Assembly (NCBI GenBank): GCA_964247055.1
Contig: OZ176057.1
Span: forward strand, 1,612,001 to 1,676,000
Length of the DNA: 64,000 nt
Source: Paragordius varius
Lineage: Eukaryota > Animalia > Nematomorpha
Direction of reading: 5' to 3'
The position numbers were made by a program, and so were the translations under genes. Positions 24,601 through 37,729 of the stretch are shown piece after piece. Every line of letters begins with the position of its first letter. Position 1 is the first letter of the stretch. Below the pieces are notes generated by a model. That model searched no databases and was not told the DNA's origin. It saw only the letters and a program-made list of their open reading frames with translations.

Positions 24601-27600
24601 AATATCTATTAATGGGAAGAATTAATAAAAAATTTAATCAATTAACATGTTTAATTTTAATAAGTCTAAATTTAAAACACATTGCTATTCAAATAAGATT
24701 ATACATGAAAACAAAGTGTTTTATAATCTATTATTACAATTTATGACTGATTCAAATTTTTAATTTACTGTATAAAAAAATCCTTCCGCGTCTAATTGTG
24801 ACACCATTTTGTAATATCGAATAAGGACCATCAACCAAGTTCAATTTGGAAATAATCCCTTGATCAATAAATTGGCTATAGTTAACATTGTAGTAAGGAA
24901 ATGTTGCGTGCGCAAAATTGACTGTTATGTTTGCTCTTCCAGGAAATTCATCGAGAAGTCGATTGTAAAACTTTTTTTGATACAGAATATGAATATCTTT
25001 ATTTTCTAACCCTAATTGAGCTAATATATTCTGGCACCCAATGAGGAGTATGATTGATAAAAACATCATAAAAAAATTAAATAATATCAAAAGCAATGTT
25101 TAAATATTACATATATACATACATATATGTATAGAGAGGTGTTTTTATAAATATTAAATTTTTTGGCCCTCTATACTAGTAAATTTATTGTATAACATGG
25201 TTGGGCACTCTTTGTACAAAACGCCAAGTAAATATTATTGAAATAATGTTTAAAAACATTTAAAAAACATTTTAAAAACATTGCGTAAATGAGGTGCTAG
25301 TTTTACATTAAATGTCAATATTTATTTTTACCATAACAACTTATTCGTTTAGCACGGTAAATTTAACTTTATAGATTTTAAGCTATATAATTTGTAAAAA
25401 AGTCAATATTGAAATTATATCAAATCGATGAACGTAACTTATATTGGAAACATAAATTCAAAACACAATCCTTTTTGGCCGTAACTAATAATGTTTTTCA
25501 GGGTTAAACTGAGTTAAAAATATGAAGTCAAAACCAGGTTATTCATTGTTTAACCGAAACCGATTTGTTTTTAACATTACGAAGAAAAAATCGAGGATAG
25601 GTGTGCCAGGGAGTTTTGTATTCTAACTAATTTCCATATTGATTTCAGATCTTGTTATGTTTGTATCATAAAAATATCAAGCATCTTTTACCATTCTTCG
25701 CAAAGGCACATTGCACACTAATCACGTATAAGCAACCAATAAATTTTTTAGTTCTTTTAACGCAAGTACAAATATATTAATTAAACGGTGAAACGAATTG
25801 AGGGCTAATTAAAACAAGGGCATTGTCATTATCGGGCAATACCCAAAATAATAAACAAAGTACACAATTAAAATGTATGGGCCTCCATGTTGTTCTGAAA
25901 CGTATTTGTGAAACCTAAAATTTTAGGGATATTTTTTCAAAAAATCCATTTTTACAAGGTCATAGGGAAAACTGAGGGGCAAATTTAAAAGGCTTTTATA
26001 AATTATAATAATTTTAACTCTGGAAGTGGAATCGGCTCATACCGTTTCTTCTCCGCAAACGTTATACAAAGCTTACACATCATATTTTAAGTATTTAAAT
26101 TTAATAATACAGTCATGTATCCTGTATTTTATCAAAAATTTATTTTATTTTCGTTAAATGGATTTAAATATTTGTTAAAGAATGGAAAAAAACAAGAGCT
26201 CTATGGTATTAACAATATCATATTCATCAAAAAAGTATAAAAATTACCGTAGAGCGCTTATTTTTTTTCATTCTTTATCAAATATTTATACTCATTTAAC
26301 GAAAAAAACAAATTTTTGATAAAATAAAGGATATATAACATTTTAGCAATTTTAATTGTACGTAAACGTAAATTTTAAAGATATCTCCTTATTTATAATT
26401 GCAAGACAATCATACTTTAAACCTTTTTTTAAAAATTAATGTAAAGTACTCAATTGAGTATATTAACAATATAATTTTTTCACAATTTATATCAATAAGT
26501 AAGACGAAGTCCCAAATTTTCAACCCTCAGCATGTTCTTAATGATTATAAAATATGCTAAACAAAATTTTGCTAAAAATAAAAATTTTGTAGTACATATA
26601 TGTGTATATATGCCAAAAAATTTTTTTCATGAGATAACTTATGACCAGCGTATACATTTGCCGTAAAATTTTTTTTGTTGACAACTTAGTTTTTAAAATA
26701 TTGTTAAATCGAAATTGGGTAAATTAAATTAAGGATAAATAAAAAAATAATGATAAAATTTGAGATATTATGGTTTATAATCCTTTTATGATATAAATCC
26801 AATATATAAATAGCGAAAATCATATAGTTAGGGTTTCTAAATTTCAGCTCAAAATGCGTTTTTCTTTTAACACACTTAAAAGAAAATTTGAAACTATACT
26901 AAAATAATTTTTTTTGTTTTATTACCTATAAACTCACAATTAATATCTTAACATTCATATTTTATTCAGTAAAAAACATCAAAATAAAATCAAAAATATT
27001 GTTTTTTATTTTTGCATTTTTTTGTCATCTGGTTTGTGAGTGTTAAAAAAACTTTACATGAGTGGATATTATTATGTATATTATTCATTCGGAATTGGAT
27101 TTAAAAGTAGTGGAATATCAATCAAAAATCCGTAAAAATCCCAATAAAAATATTAACTTGTCATAAAACAGACTTGTTACAGCTATTTGTCAAAGTATCT
27201 AAATAAAATTCATTTTTGAAAAAAAAGTTCTATATTATACTACTTCGACGCCATTTTAATTTTACAACATTTTTGCAATTATCGTGTTTATTTGATTGTA
27301 AAGCTAAAATGAAAGCTATTTTTTGTTTAAATTACATCCAACATTATAAAACAGAAAAAGTGGTTTATTTTGCATTATTTTTATATCTAGCTAATATACA
27401 CATTTCAGGTTGACTAAATTTTTACGTTGAGGTTTATCCATAAATAAGTATCTTTCTTAAAATAATCTTTTTTCCATATTAGGAAACAGTAATTGTATAC
27501 TTTTGCAATGGTTTCAATTAATTCCATATCTCTATAATTGATTTTAAATAGGCCTGATGCACCCACAAGCCCCAAAATCGGAGAACTGAAATGAATGTGT

Positions 27601-29035
27601 TGTATCCAAGTATTATGAACGAAAAACAATCGAAATTAAAAATAAAAAAATTATTGAATCAAACTATTTTTATTTAGCAAAACCTTTTATGAATAAATCA
27701 TCAAGAAAGTTCCGTATAAGATTTCAATCTAAGTTATATAGGAATAAAACTTTCTTGATTCAAGTTTTTTTAAAAAAAGTCGCAACACTATAGACCAATT
27801 TTATTAATTTTTAAAAAATTATATAGTTGTATGTAAGATTACGCTTTTTGGTAGTATAAAACGCACTATTTAATAATTTATATAACAGACATAAATTATT
27901 AATAAATAATAATTTAACTTTCAAATAATCACGATGTACTTTACACAACATTAATTTGTACACCTAGTGTTTGACGATTTTTTTAATTCCTAAACTTAAA
28001 AAATTTAAAATATACAAAAGTTTATCACTATATATATCCTTATTTTAAAAATCTTTTCTGGATCTTTATAATTGATTTAACATGGTTAAAATTTATCAAA
28101 ACCACAAACACGGCTCTCTTAAGACAATAAATTTTTTAGGAGCGATAGTAACTAACAAACTTAAACTTTTTGTAAAAATATTATAGCCAAAATGTTGAAA
28201 CCCATTGTTTTTTATTTTCTTTTCTAATTTTTCTTTTATATGGCGCTAAATCCGTAAATTTTTTTTCTGCACCCAAAGCCCATTATTGACACTGGCTAAA
28301 AATTTGAGTTTCGTAAAACGTACAAGGAAAAAATAAAATTATACAGATAAAAATGATAATTATATTTCTTTAAAAAGATAACCAACCATACTATAAAATT
28401 TTGATTTTTTTTCCATACAAAATATTTGATAATTTTTTTATAGTATTGCATGTATTAATGTCTCTTCAGCTTTGGAAGCCATAACACATCAAGGTTTAAA
28501 TATGATGGTAAATCCATTTTAAATAAATTGCCCTTAAGTCTGTATAAATGCAATTTTTACTGTATAAATTTAAAACAAAATATATATATTATAAAATTGA
28601 GAATTAAATGAACTATACCTTTATTTATTACAGTATAGTAGTTTCAAAGTCCAATCCAAATTATGATTGAAAAGTTTTATGTCCGATTTTTATTTTATTT
28701 AGCATTTATTTACGGTAATTTAATATTTTTGACAGAGTTAAATTGATTGACCTCACAATTTATAGCAAAATATTGCAATGGTTTGATATTTAATCTTTAT
28801 TATTTTTATTAATTTCTGCCCAAGAGCAATAATAAATAAAAATAATTAAAAACTATCAAGGCACAGTTCACCAAATATAGTCGAAGGACCGTAATAATTA
28901 TTTATTTTGTGTTAAGGACCGCCCTTCTTGGATCTTCCAAAGTTTCGTCTTAGGTGGTTTTATAGAAACTTGACTTATCAATGAACACCAAATAATAATA
29001 AAATCAAAATTTTTGTGCAATGAAAAGATTCAACT
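21625..29035. repeat. Tandem segmental duplication, unit 1 (~7.4 kb)
   Basis: Starts AAATGTAGTATTTGAAGG and ends GATTCAACT; collinear and highly similar to 29036-36729. Confidence 0.92.
22662..25069 (-). CDS. Unrecognised secreted glycoprotein, copy 1, 5 exons, 458 aa
   Basis: Exons 25069-24769, 24567-24070, 23978-23916, 23627-23340, 22888-22662. All introns GT-AG, phase 1; 1377 nt open. Signal-peptide-like start MMFLSIILLIGCQNILA, many N-X-S/T sites, no second hydrophobic segment. Confidence 0.82.
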
Positions 29036-30066
29036 AAATGTAGTATTTCAAGGTTTCTATATATAAAGATGCAAAGGGCATCAAAATTATAATATAAAAT
29101 ATTCTGAATAAAAAAATAAGTCGATATAGTTTTTTATCCATGTATTGCGCATAAAATTTTTTCAAATGTACAGCAAGGGTTTGCAAAATTATTTTTTTGG
29201 TATAAGGTGCCGAATTTTTTTAAGCTGAAATATTTATAGCGATATATTGGTGTATGTAATTAAAAACAGCCTTATCATTTTTTGGTTCCATTTCTCTGCC
29301 GATTGGATTTTTTAATACTTAAAGTATAATTAAATCCCCAAAAAAGCTTTTTAATATTAATTGATTTTAAATTAATTTTTATCGAGAAGACATAAAATAT
29401 TAACGCGTTTTCTTCAATCATCGTTTATCCATCTAATAACAAAATATTTGATTAAGAATTATTTTATCTTTTTCAAGATAACGAAAATATTAGCTCTAGT
29501 ATCAATACATTTATATAGATGTGCGTATTGTATTATATTCTTTGTACAGTAAAGAACAGCCACTCTTAATGTCCACTTTTAAAAAATATTAATTTACTCA
29601 ATTGTATAGTTTAATTGGCTTAAATCTTAGTTGTCACGCGCTTATGATATGCAGGTAAGAAACGTATATTATTGTAAAGTAAATCAACCTTATCACTGCG
29701 TAGTGAATCCGTCTATGGTAAAATCGTTTAAACGATGATTTTTAATAGATATACACCCTTTCTTAATTTTGAATGTTTAAACTACAAAATACTATTAAAA
29801 AATCAACAAATATAACTAAAATGACCAGTCAAATTAATTCATTTAGAAAATTAAAACAATGAAAATCATTGATAAAAATTGACACCAATTCAGATTTATT
29901 TAGATTTAGTCCAAATACTTCTAAATTTTGGATATTAATCGCTTCGTATTAATTATATACAGCATAAAATATTCATTTACAACACCATACTCATTATTTA
30001 TTTTTCGATAAAAACTAAATTAATATAATTTTTAATCTATTATATAAAACGAAACCCCATTGGGAT

Positions 30067-32803
30067 TTAGGACCTATCCATAGGTCTAACATATAATTTA
30101 TAATGATTATTAATTAATCCAAGACGATCTCCAGCCGACAAAAGCAAGTTTCTACAACAATTCGCGCTACAATAGCTCATATACTGGTATTGATAATGAG
30201 CATTATACACTATCATTTTAGTACTATATTGATTTGGTAAGAGATATGATTTAATTTGATCCCAGGTACTGGCACGATTGTTCCATTCAATATCTGAAAC
30301 ATAATAAAAGTATTTCAAATAATCTCTAATTAATGTTTTTATGTGTTGTCAATTTTGTTAAAGATACACGGGGAAACGGTGTGATAATTACGCGTATTAA
30401 ATAAAATGTTATTACAACAAAATTAAAATTAAACGGACAAAATGTAAAAATATAAAGACAATTTTTTTTTCAAAAAACAACCATACTTTTTATATCTTAA
30501 ATTTGATATATAAGCTATTTAATTACAATCGTAAACTTCATAATTATTTGTGTTACCAAACATTTTTATATTATGAAAAAATCAAGATATTAAATGTATG
30601 GCTATCTTAGAAAAAATTATTTGTCTCTATATTTTAATGTTTTGTCCGTATAAAATTAATTTTAACTGTATAGTTAAATTTAAGCGCCCGCAATCCCCTA
30701 TTATTAGCCCATGTTTCAAAAAGAAAAAAATTTTTTGATAAGCAAATTACCGAATATTTCATATTTCTCATAATAATTACTTTTACGATGGTGTTTGCAT
30801 TTTTCACCCACTAATGTGATTTCATGAAGCAAATTTGATTTTTTCAGATAAATTTTGTTGTATTTGGATATTTCTGTTCTGGGGCCACTTACAACCAAAA
30901 TATTCTTGTCCATGTAAATCTCAAGTTTTGTCAAATATTCATAAGAAGGCCCTAGGAGCTCAACATCCCTAATATTCCATCTGAGTGTTGTGAAACTAAC
31001 AACATCTTCACATTCATAGTATTTCCTTACACTTTTAGCTAAATTTGTATTATTATAAGTTATAATTATTGTTATAATAAACTTATTTTTAGTATAAGTT
31101 GAGTGGGTGACGACGAAGTGTTGTTAAATAAGATTCGTGTGTTAACGTCGTGTGAATAATGAAAGAAAAGAAAAATAAATTTATTATAGACTCAAATTTT
31201 CGCCCAATGGCATCATCAGGAGTTGTTTATAAGCATTGATTTGTCTCACATTTAATTTTATTTTATATTTTTTTCTTGGTTATACTTTATTCTAAGTTTT
31301 TTCTTTTAACAACTCCTGATGATGCCATTGGGCGAAAATTTGAGTCTATAATAAACTTATTTTTAGTATGTATGTTATTACAATATGAGAGTTTCTGTTG
31401 CGACCGTTTAACTGCACATTCAAATGCTTAAAACGAAAAAAACGGAAAATAGAAAAAACTATATGCCATGACATTTTTTAATTATTATTATTGTATTGTT
31501 TTGTGTAGCTTTCTGAATTACTGTCAGTCCCAACATGGTATTTATAACCAGCGTATAAAAAATCTTTTTCAACTATTATAGATATATTCGTTTAGGTTTT
31601 GTTAAATAGTCATAATGTAATTCATGAAATAAGTAATAAAACACTTACTTAACGTCACAAGGGTTCTGTTTGAGTAAGGAACAAAGTTTCCAGTTGATTT
31701 GTCCTTTATTTCTATAATAATAATCATAATATTAACTTTTTGTTTTTTACAAAATTTTTGATAATGTTTTGATATTATGAAAGGGAAAACAAAAAAACTA
31801 ACCATTTATTTTTATTCTCCATGGGTGCAATGTGTCGTTACCGACATTTAATTGCATAAGATTATTGTCCACCACTGTCCGATTGATTCGAATTGAACCG
31901 ATGCTAGTTTGCAGGATAGTACCATCACTCTCCAAAAGAGTGAATCGACACGTTTTGGCTAAATTTGGATCTTCGAACAGATTTGAACAATCTTGGTGAT
32001 AAATCATTCGCCCATTATAAGTCATATATTCACTTAAAGGGTAACCAACGCGTGTGACAAACTTTAGTGTTTTATTATTTATTGTTACGGACAAAAATCC
32101 ACTATAATCAAATAAACCCTTCATGGCAAAATTTATTTTGGTATTGTTTGATACGTTAAATGGCACCCGTTTTCCATACTGGGTAAATATTTGAATGGTA
32201 GGGGACTTTTGAGAATTTTTGTCAGGTTGCCAATAATCAGCCAAATCCAAATTATATTCCTTGATATGATATGTTCTTACCTCTAGTAAATTCGCAAACT
32301 CTAGCAAAATAATATTATAACAAGTTAAACGAAAACATTTTATAATGGGAAGAATTAATAAAAAAATTTAATCAATTAACATGTTTAATTTTAATAAGTC
32401 TAAATTTAAAACACATTGCTATTCAAATAAGATTAGATATGAAAACAAAGTGTTTTATAATCTATTATTACAATTTATCACTGATTCAAATTTTTAATTT
32501 ACTGTATAAAAAAATCGTTCCGCGTCTAATTGTGACATTATTTTGTAATATCGAATAAGGACCATCAACCAAGTTCAATTTGGAAATAATCCCTTGATCA
32601 ATAAATTGGCTATAGTTAACATTGTAGTAAGGAAATGTTGCGTGCGCAAAATTGACTGTTATGTTTGCTCTTCCAGGAAATTCATCGAGAAGTCGATTGT
32701 AAAACTTTTTTTGATACAGAATATGAATATCTTTATTTTCTAACCGTAATTGAGCTAATATATTCTGGCACCCAAGGAGGAGTATGATTGATAAAAACAT
32801 CAT
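30067..32803 (-). CDS. Unrecognised secreted glycoprotein, copy 2, 5 exons, 458 aa
   Basis: Exons 32803-32503, 32300-31803, 31711-31649, 31038-30751, 30293-30067. Exon lengths and splice sites are the same as copy 1; about 25 amino-acid differences and no stop or frameshift. Confidence 0.82.
31180..31355. mobile_element. Perfect 48-bp inverted repeat with 80-bp spacer (MITE-like or hairpin), only in duplicate unit 2
   Basis: 31180-31227 is the exact reverse complement of 31308-31355. A 23-bp direct repeat TATAATAAACTTATTTTTAGTAT lies at ~31074 and ~31347. Confidence 0.7.
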
Positions 32804-35800
32804 AAAAAAATTAAATAATATCGAAAAGCAATGTTTAAATATTACATATATACATATATATGTATAGAGAGGTGTTTTTATAAATATTAAATTTTTTGGC
32901 CCTCTATACTAGTAAATTTATTGTATAACATGGTTGGGCACTCTTTGGACAAAACGCTAAGTAAATATTATTGAAATAATGTTTAAAAACATTTTAAAAA
33001 CATTGCGTAAATGAGGTGCTAGTTTTACATTAAATGTCAATATTTATTTTTACCATAACAACTTATTCGTTTAGTAGTACGGTAAAAATTTAACTTTATA
33101 GATTTTAAGCTATATAATTTGTAAAAAAAAGTCAATATTGAAATTATATCAAATCGATGAACGTAACTTATATTGGAAATATAAATTCAAAACACAATCC
33201 TTTTTGTCCCTAACTAATAATGTTTTTCAGGGTTAAACTGAGCCAAAAATATGAAGTCAAAACCAGGTTATACATTGTTTAACCAAAACCGATTTGTTTT
33301 TAACATTACAAACAAAAAATCGAGGATAGGTGTGCCAAGGAGTTTTGTATTCTAAATAATTTCCATATTGATTTCAGATCTTGTTATGTTTGTATCATAA
33401 AAATAATCAAGCATCATTTAATACCATTCTTCGCAAAGGCACATTGCACACTAATCACGTATGAGCAACCAATAAATGTTTTAGTTCTTTTAACGCAAGT
33501 ACAAATATATTAATTAAACGGTGGTACTAAACTGAGGGCTAATTAAAACAAGGGCATTGTCATTATCGGGGCATTACCCAAAACAATAAATAAAGTACAC
33601 AATTAAAATGTATGGGCCTCCATGTTGTTCTGAAACGTATTTGTGAAACCTAAAATTTTAGGGATATTTTTTCAAAAAATCCATTTTTACAAGGTCATAG
33701 GGAAAACTGAGGGGCAAATTTAAAAAGCTTTTATAAATTAAAAAAATTTTGAGTTTGGAATTGGAATCGGCTCATATTTATTATTTAAATTTAATAATAC
33801 AGTCATGTATCCTGTTTTTATCAAATATTTATTTTATTTTCGTTAAATGGATTTAAATATTTGTTAAAGAATGGAAAAAAACAAGAGCTCTATGGTATTA
33901 ACAATATCATATTCATTAAAAAAGTATAAAAATTACCGTAGAGCGCTTGTTTTTTTCATTCATTACCAAATATTTATACCCATTTAACGAAAAAAATAAA
34001 TTTTTGATAAAATAAAGGATATTTAACATTTTAGCAATTTTAATTGTACGTAAACGTATATTTTAAAGATATCTCCTTATTTATAATTGCAAGACAATCA
34101 TACTTTTTTAAACCTTTTTATAAAAATTAATGTAAAATACTCAATTGAGTATGTTACCAATATAAAAGATTTCACAATTTATATTAAGTAAGTAAGACGA
34201 AGTCGTAAATATTTTTCAACCCTCAGCACTTTATTAATGATTATAAAATATGCTAAAACAAAATTTCGCTAAAAATAAAAATTTTGTAGTACATATATAT
34301 GTGTATATATACCAAAAATTTTTTTTCATGCGATAGCTTATGACCAGCGTATACATTTGTCGTAAAATAATTTTGTTGACAACTTTGTTATTAAAATATT
34401 GAGAAATCGAAATTGGGTAAATTAAAATTAAGGATAATTAAAAAAATAATGATAAAATTTGAGATATTATGGTTTATAATCCTTTTATGATATAAATCCA
34501 ATATATAAATAGCTAAAATCTTATAGTTAGGGTTTCTAAATTTCAGCTCAAAGGGCGTTTTTCTTTTAACACACTTAAAAGAAAATTTGAAACTATACTA
34601 AAATAATTTTTTTTGTTTTATTACCTATAAACTCACAATTAATATCTTAACATTCATATTTTATTCAGTGAAAAACATCAAAATAAAACCAAAAATATTG
34701 TTTTTTATTTTTGCATTTTTTTGTCATCTGGTTTGTGAGTGTTAAAAAAAATTTTACATGAGTGGATATTATTATGTATATTATTCATTCGAAATTGGAT
34801 TTAAAAGTAGTGGAATATCAATCAACAATGCGTAAAAATTCCAATAAAAATATTAACTTGTCATAAAACAGACTTGTTACAGCTATTTGTCAAAATATCT
34901 AAATAAAATTCATTTTTGAAAAAAAGTTCTATATTATACTACTTGGACGCCATTTTAATTTTACAACATTTTTGCAATTATCGTGTTAATTTAATAGTAA
35001 TGGTAAAATGAAAGCTATTTTGTTTAAATCACTTCCAACATTATAAAACAGAAAAAGTGGTTTATTTTGCACTATTTTTATATCTAGCTAATATACACAT
35101 TTCAGGTTGACTAAATTTTTACGTTGAGGTTTATCCATAAATAAGTATCCAGTTTCTTAAAATAATCTTTTTTTCTATATTAGGAAACAGTAATTGCATA
35201 CTTTTGGGATGGTTTCAATTAAATTCATATCTCTATAATTCATTTTAAATAGGCCTGAGGCACCCACAAGCCCCAAAATCGGAGAACTGAAATGAATGTG
35301 TTGTATCCAAGTATTATGAACGAAAAACAATCGAAATTAAAAATAAAAAAATTATTGAATCAAACTATTTTTATTTAGCAAAACCTTTTATGAATAAATT
35401 ATCAAGAAAGTTCCGTATAAGATTTCAATCTAAGGTATATAGGAATAAAACCTTATTGATTCAAGTTTTATAAAAAAAAGTCGCAACACTATAGACCAAT
35501 TTTATTAATTTTTAAAAAATTATATAGTTGTATGTAAGATTACGCTTTTCGGTAGTATAAAACGCATTATTTAATAATTTATATAACAGACATAAATTAT
35601 TAATAAATAATAATTTAACTTTCAAATAATCACGATGTACTTTACACAACATTAATTTGTACACCTAGTGTTTGACGCTTTTTTTAATTCCTAAACTTAA
35701 AAAATTTAAAATATACAAAAGTTTATCACTATATATCCTTATTTTAAAAGTCTTTTCTGGATTTTTATAATTTATTTAACATGGTTAAAATTTATCAAAA

Positions 35801-37698
35801 CCACAAACACGGCTCTCTTAAGACAATAAATTTTTTAGAAGCGAACATAGTAACTAACAAACTTAAACTTTTTGTAAAAATATCATAGCCAAAATGCTGA
35901 AACCAACTGTTTTTTATTTTCTTTTCTAATTTTTCTTTTATATGGCGCTAAATCCGTAAATTTTTTTCTGCACCCAAAGCCCATTATTGACACTGGCTAA
36001 AAATTTGAGTTTCGTAAAACGTACAAGGAAAAAATAAAATTATACGGATAAAAATGATAATATTTCTTTAAAAGATAACCATACTTAGAATTTTGATATT
36101 TTCCATACAAAATATTTAATAATTTTTTTATAGTATTGCATGTATTAATGTCTCTTCAGCTTTGGAAGCCATAACACATCAAGGTTTGAATATGATGGTA
36201 AATTTATTTTAAATAAGTTGCCCCCTAAGTCTGTATAAATGCAATTTTTACTGTATAAATTTAAAACAAAATATATATATTATAAAATTTGAGAATGAAA
36301 TGATCTATACCTTTATTTATTACAGTATAGTAGTTTCAAAGTCCAATCCGAATTATGATTGAAAAGTTTTATGTCCGATTTTTATTTCATTTAGCATTTA
36401 TTTATGGTAATTTAATGTTTTTGACAGAGTTAAATTGATTGGCCTCACAATTTATAGCAAAATATTGCAATGGTTTGATATTTAATCTTTATTATTTTTA
36501 GAGTTAATTTCTTCCCAAAAGCAATAGTAAATAAAAATAATTTAAAAACTATCAAGACACAGGTATTCACCAAATAGAGTCGAAGGACCACAATAATTAT
36601 TTATTTTGTGTTAAGGACCGCCCTTCTTGGATCTTCCAAAGTTTCGTCTTAGGTGGTTTTATAGAAAACTTATCAATGAACACCAAATAATAATATCAAA
36701 ATTTTTGTGCAATGGAAAAAGATTCAACTTTTACAATATTATAAAAGGACATAGATAGATTATGGTAAGTGCAATCGATTGCGTTATACAATGGATTAAT
36801 GCAAAATTAATTTGTTTTTGTATTAGTACATAATTCCAAATAAGGACAGTACTAGACCACCATCATTTCTATTGAATGATGCATTGCGCTTTTTAATCTA
36901 TATGTCCTATAATCGGGTTTCTTTTATCGGTCGGATGTATTGAGAATGTTCTCGTAAACGAACGTTTTTCACCCCCTTTTCCCCCCTTGGATACAGTTTC
37001 ACTTGAAGAACATTGATTTAAACTAAAACCTTTATAATTATTTGATAATTTTGACTTGCATATATCTGACATGAAATATCACACCGTATCAGTCGAAATG
37101 GTATTTTTTAAGATTTTGCAGAGGCAATAAAAATTGTCTTAGCCGGCCGGCTGCATTAAAATATTAATAAAAAATTATTTCCCATAAAAAGAAGTCATTT
37201 TTGAAATTACAGATTAAAATTACCAACCAATATTTTAGCAATAAAAATGTTTTGGATTTTAGGAATTATATAAATTTATTAAATATTTATTATTACATAA
37301 TAAAATAATTATTATGTTATTACCATACATTATAAATATTGTATGTTGAGCATAGAGCAAATGGCCAATATCTATTTTATTATTGAAATTAAAACTAAAA
37401 CAAAATAATACAGTATTGTTTTCACAAAACATTGTTTGAGAAATTATTAAGGAATTTATTTATTCCTTATTTTAATATATATATTTAAACATTTTTTTTT
37501 CAATTTATTTATTTTATATTTATAATATTGAAAAAGATAATAATCAACACTTTTTTCAGAGAAAATCTATAATTTTTTTTTTCAAAAAAATCTGACAGTA
37601 TTCCACTTTTTTAATTCGTAAGGTAATTTTTATCTAATTTATTTTTATTTCATACGAGCCCAGTATTTAATTTTGAGATAACTAGTATCAAAATTAAT

Positions 37699-37729
<31 letters not shown>

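Larger units (their letters stand above)
29036..36729. repeat. Tandem segmental duplication, unit 2 (~7.7 kb)
   Basis: Begins directly after unit 1 (junction GATTCAACT|AAATGTAGTATTT) and ends GATTCAACT at ~36729. Confidence 0.92.
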
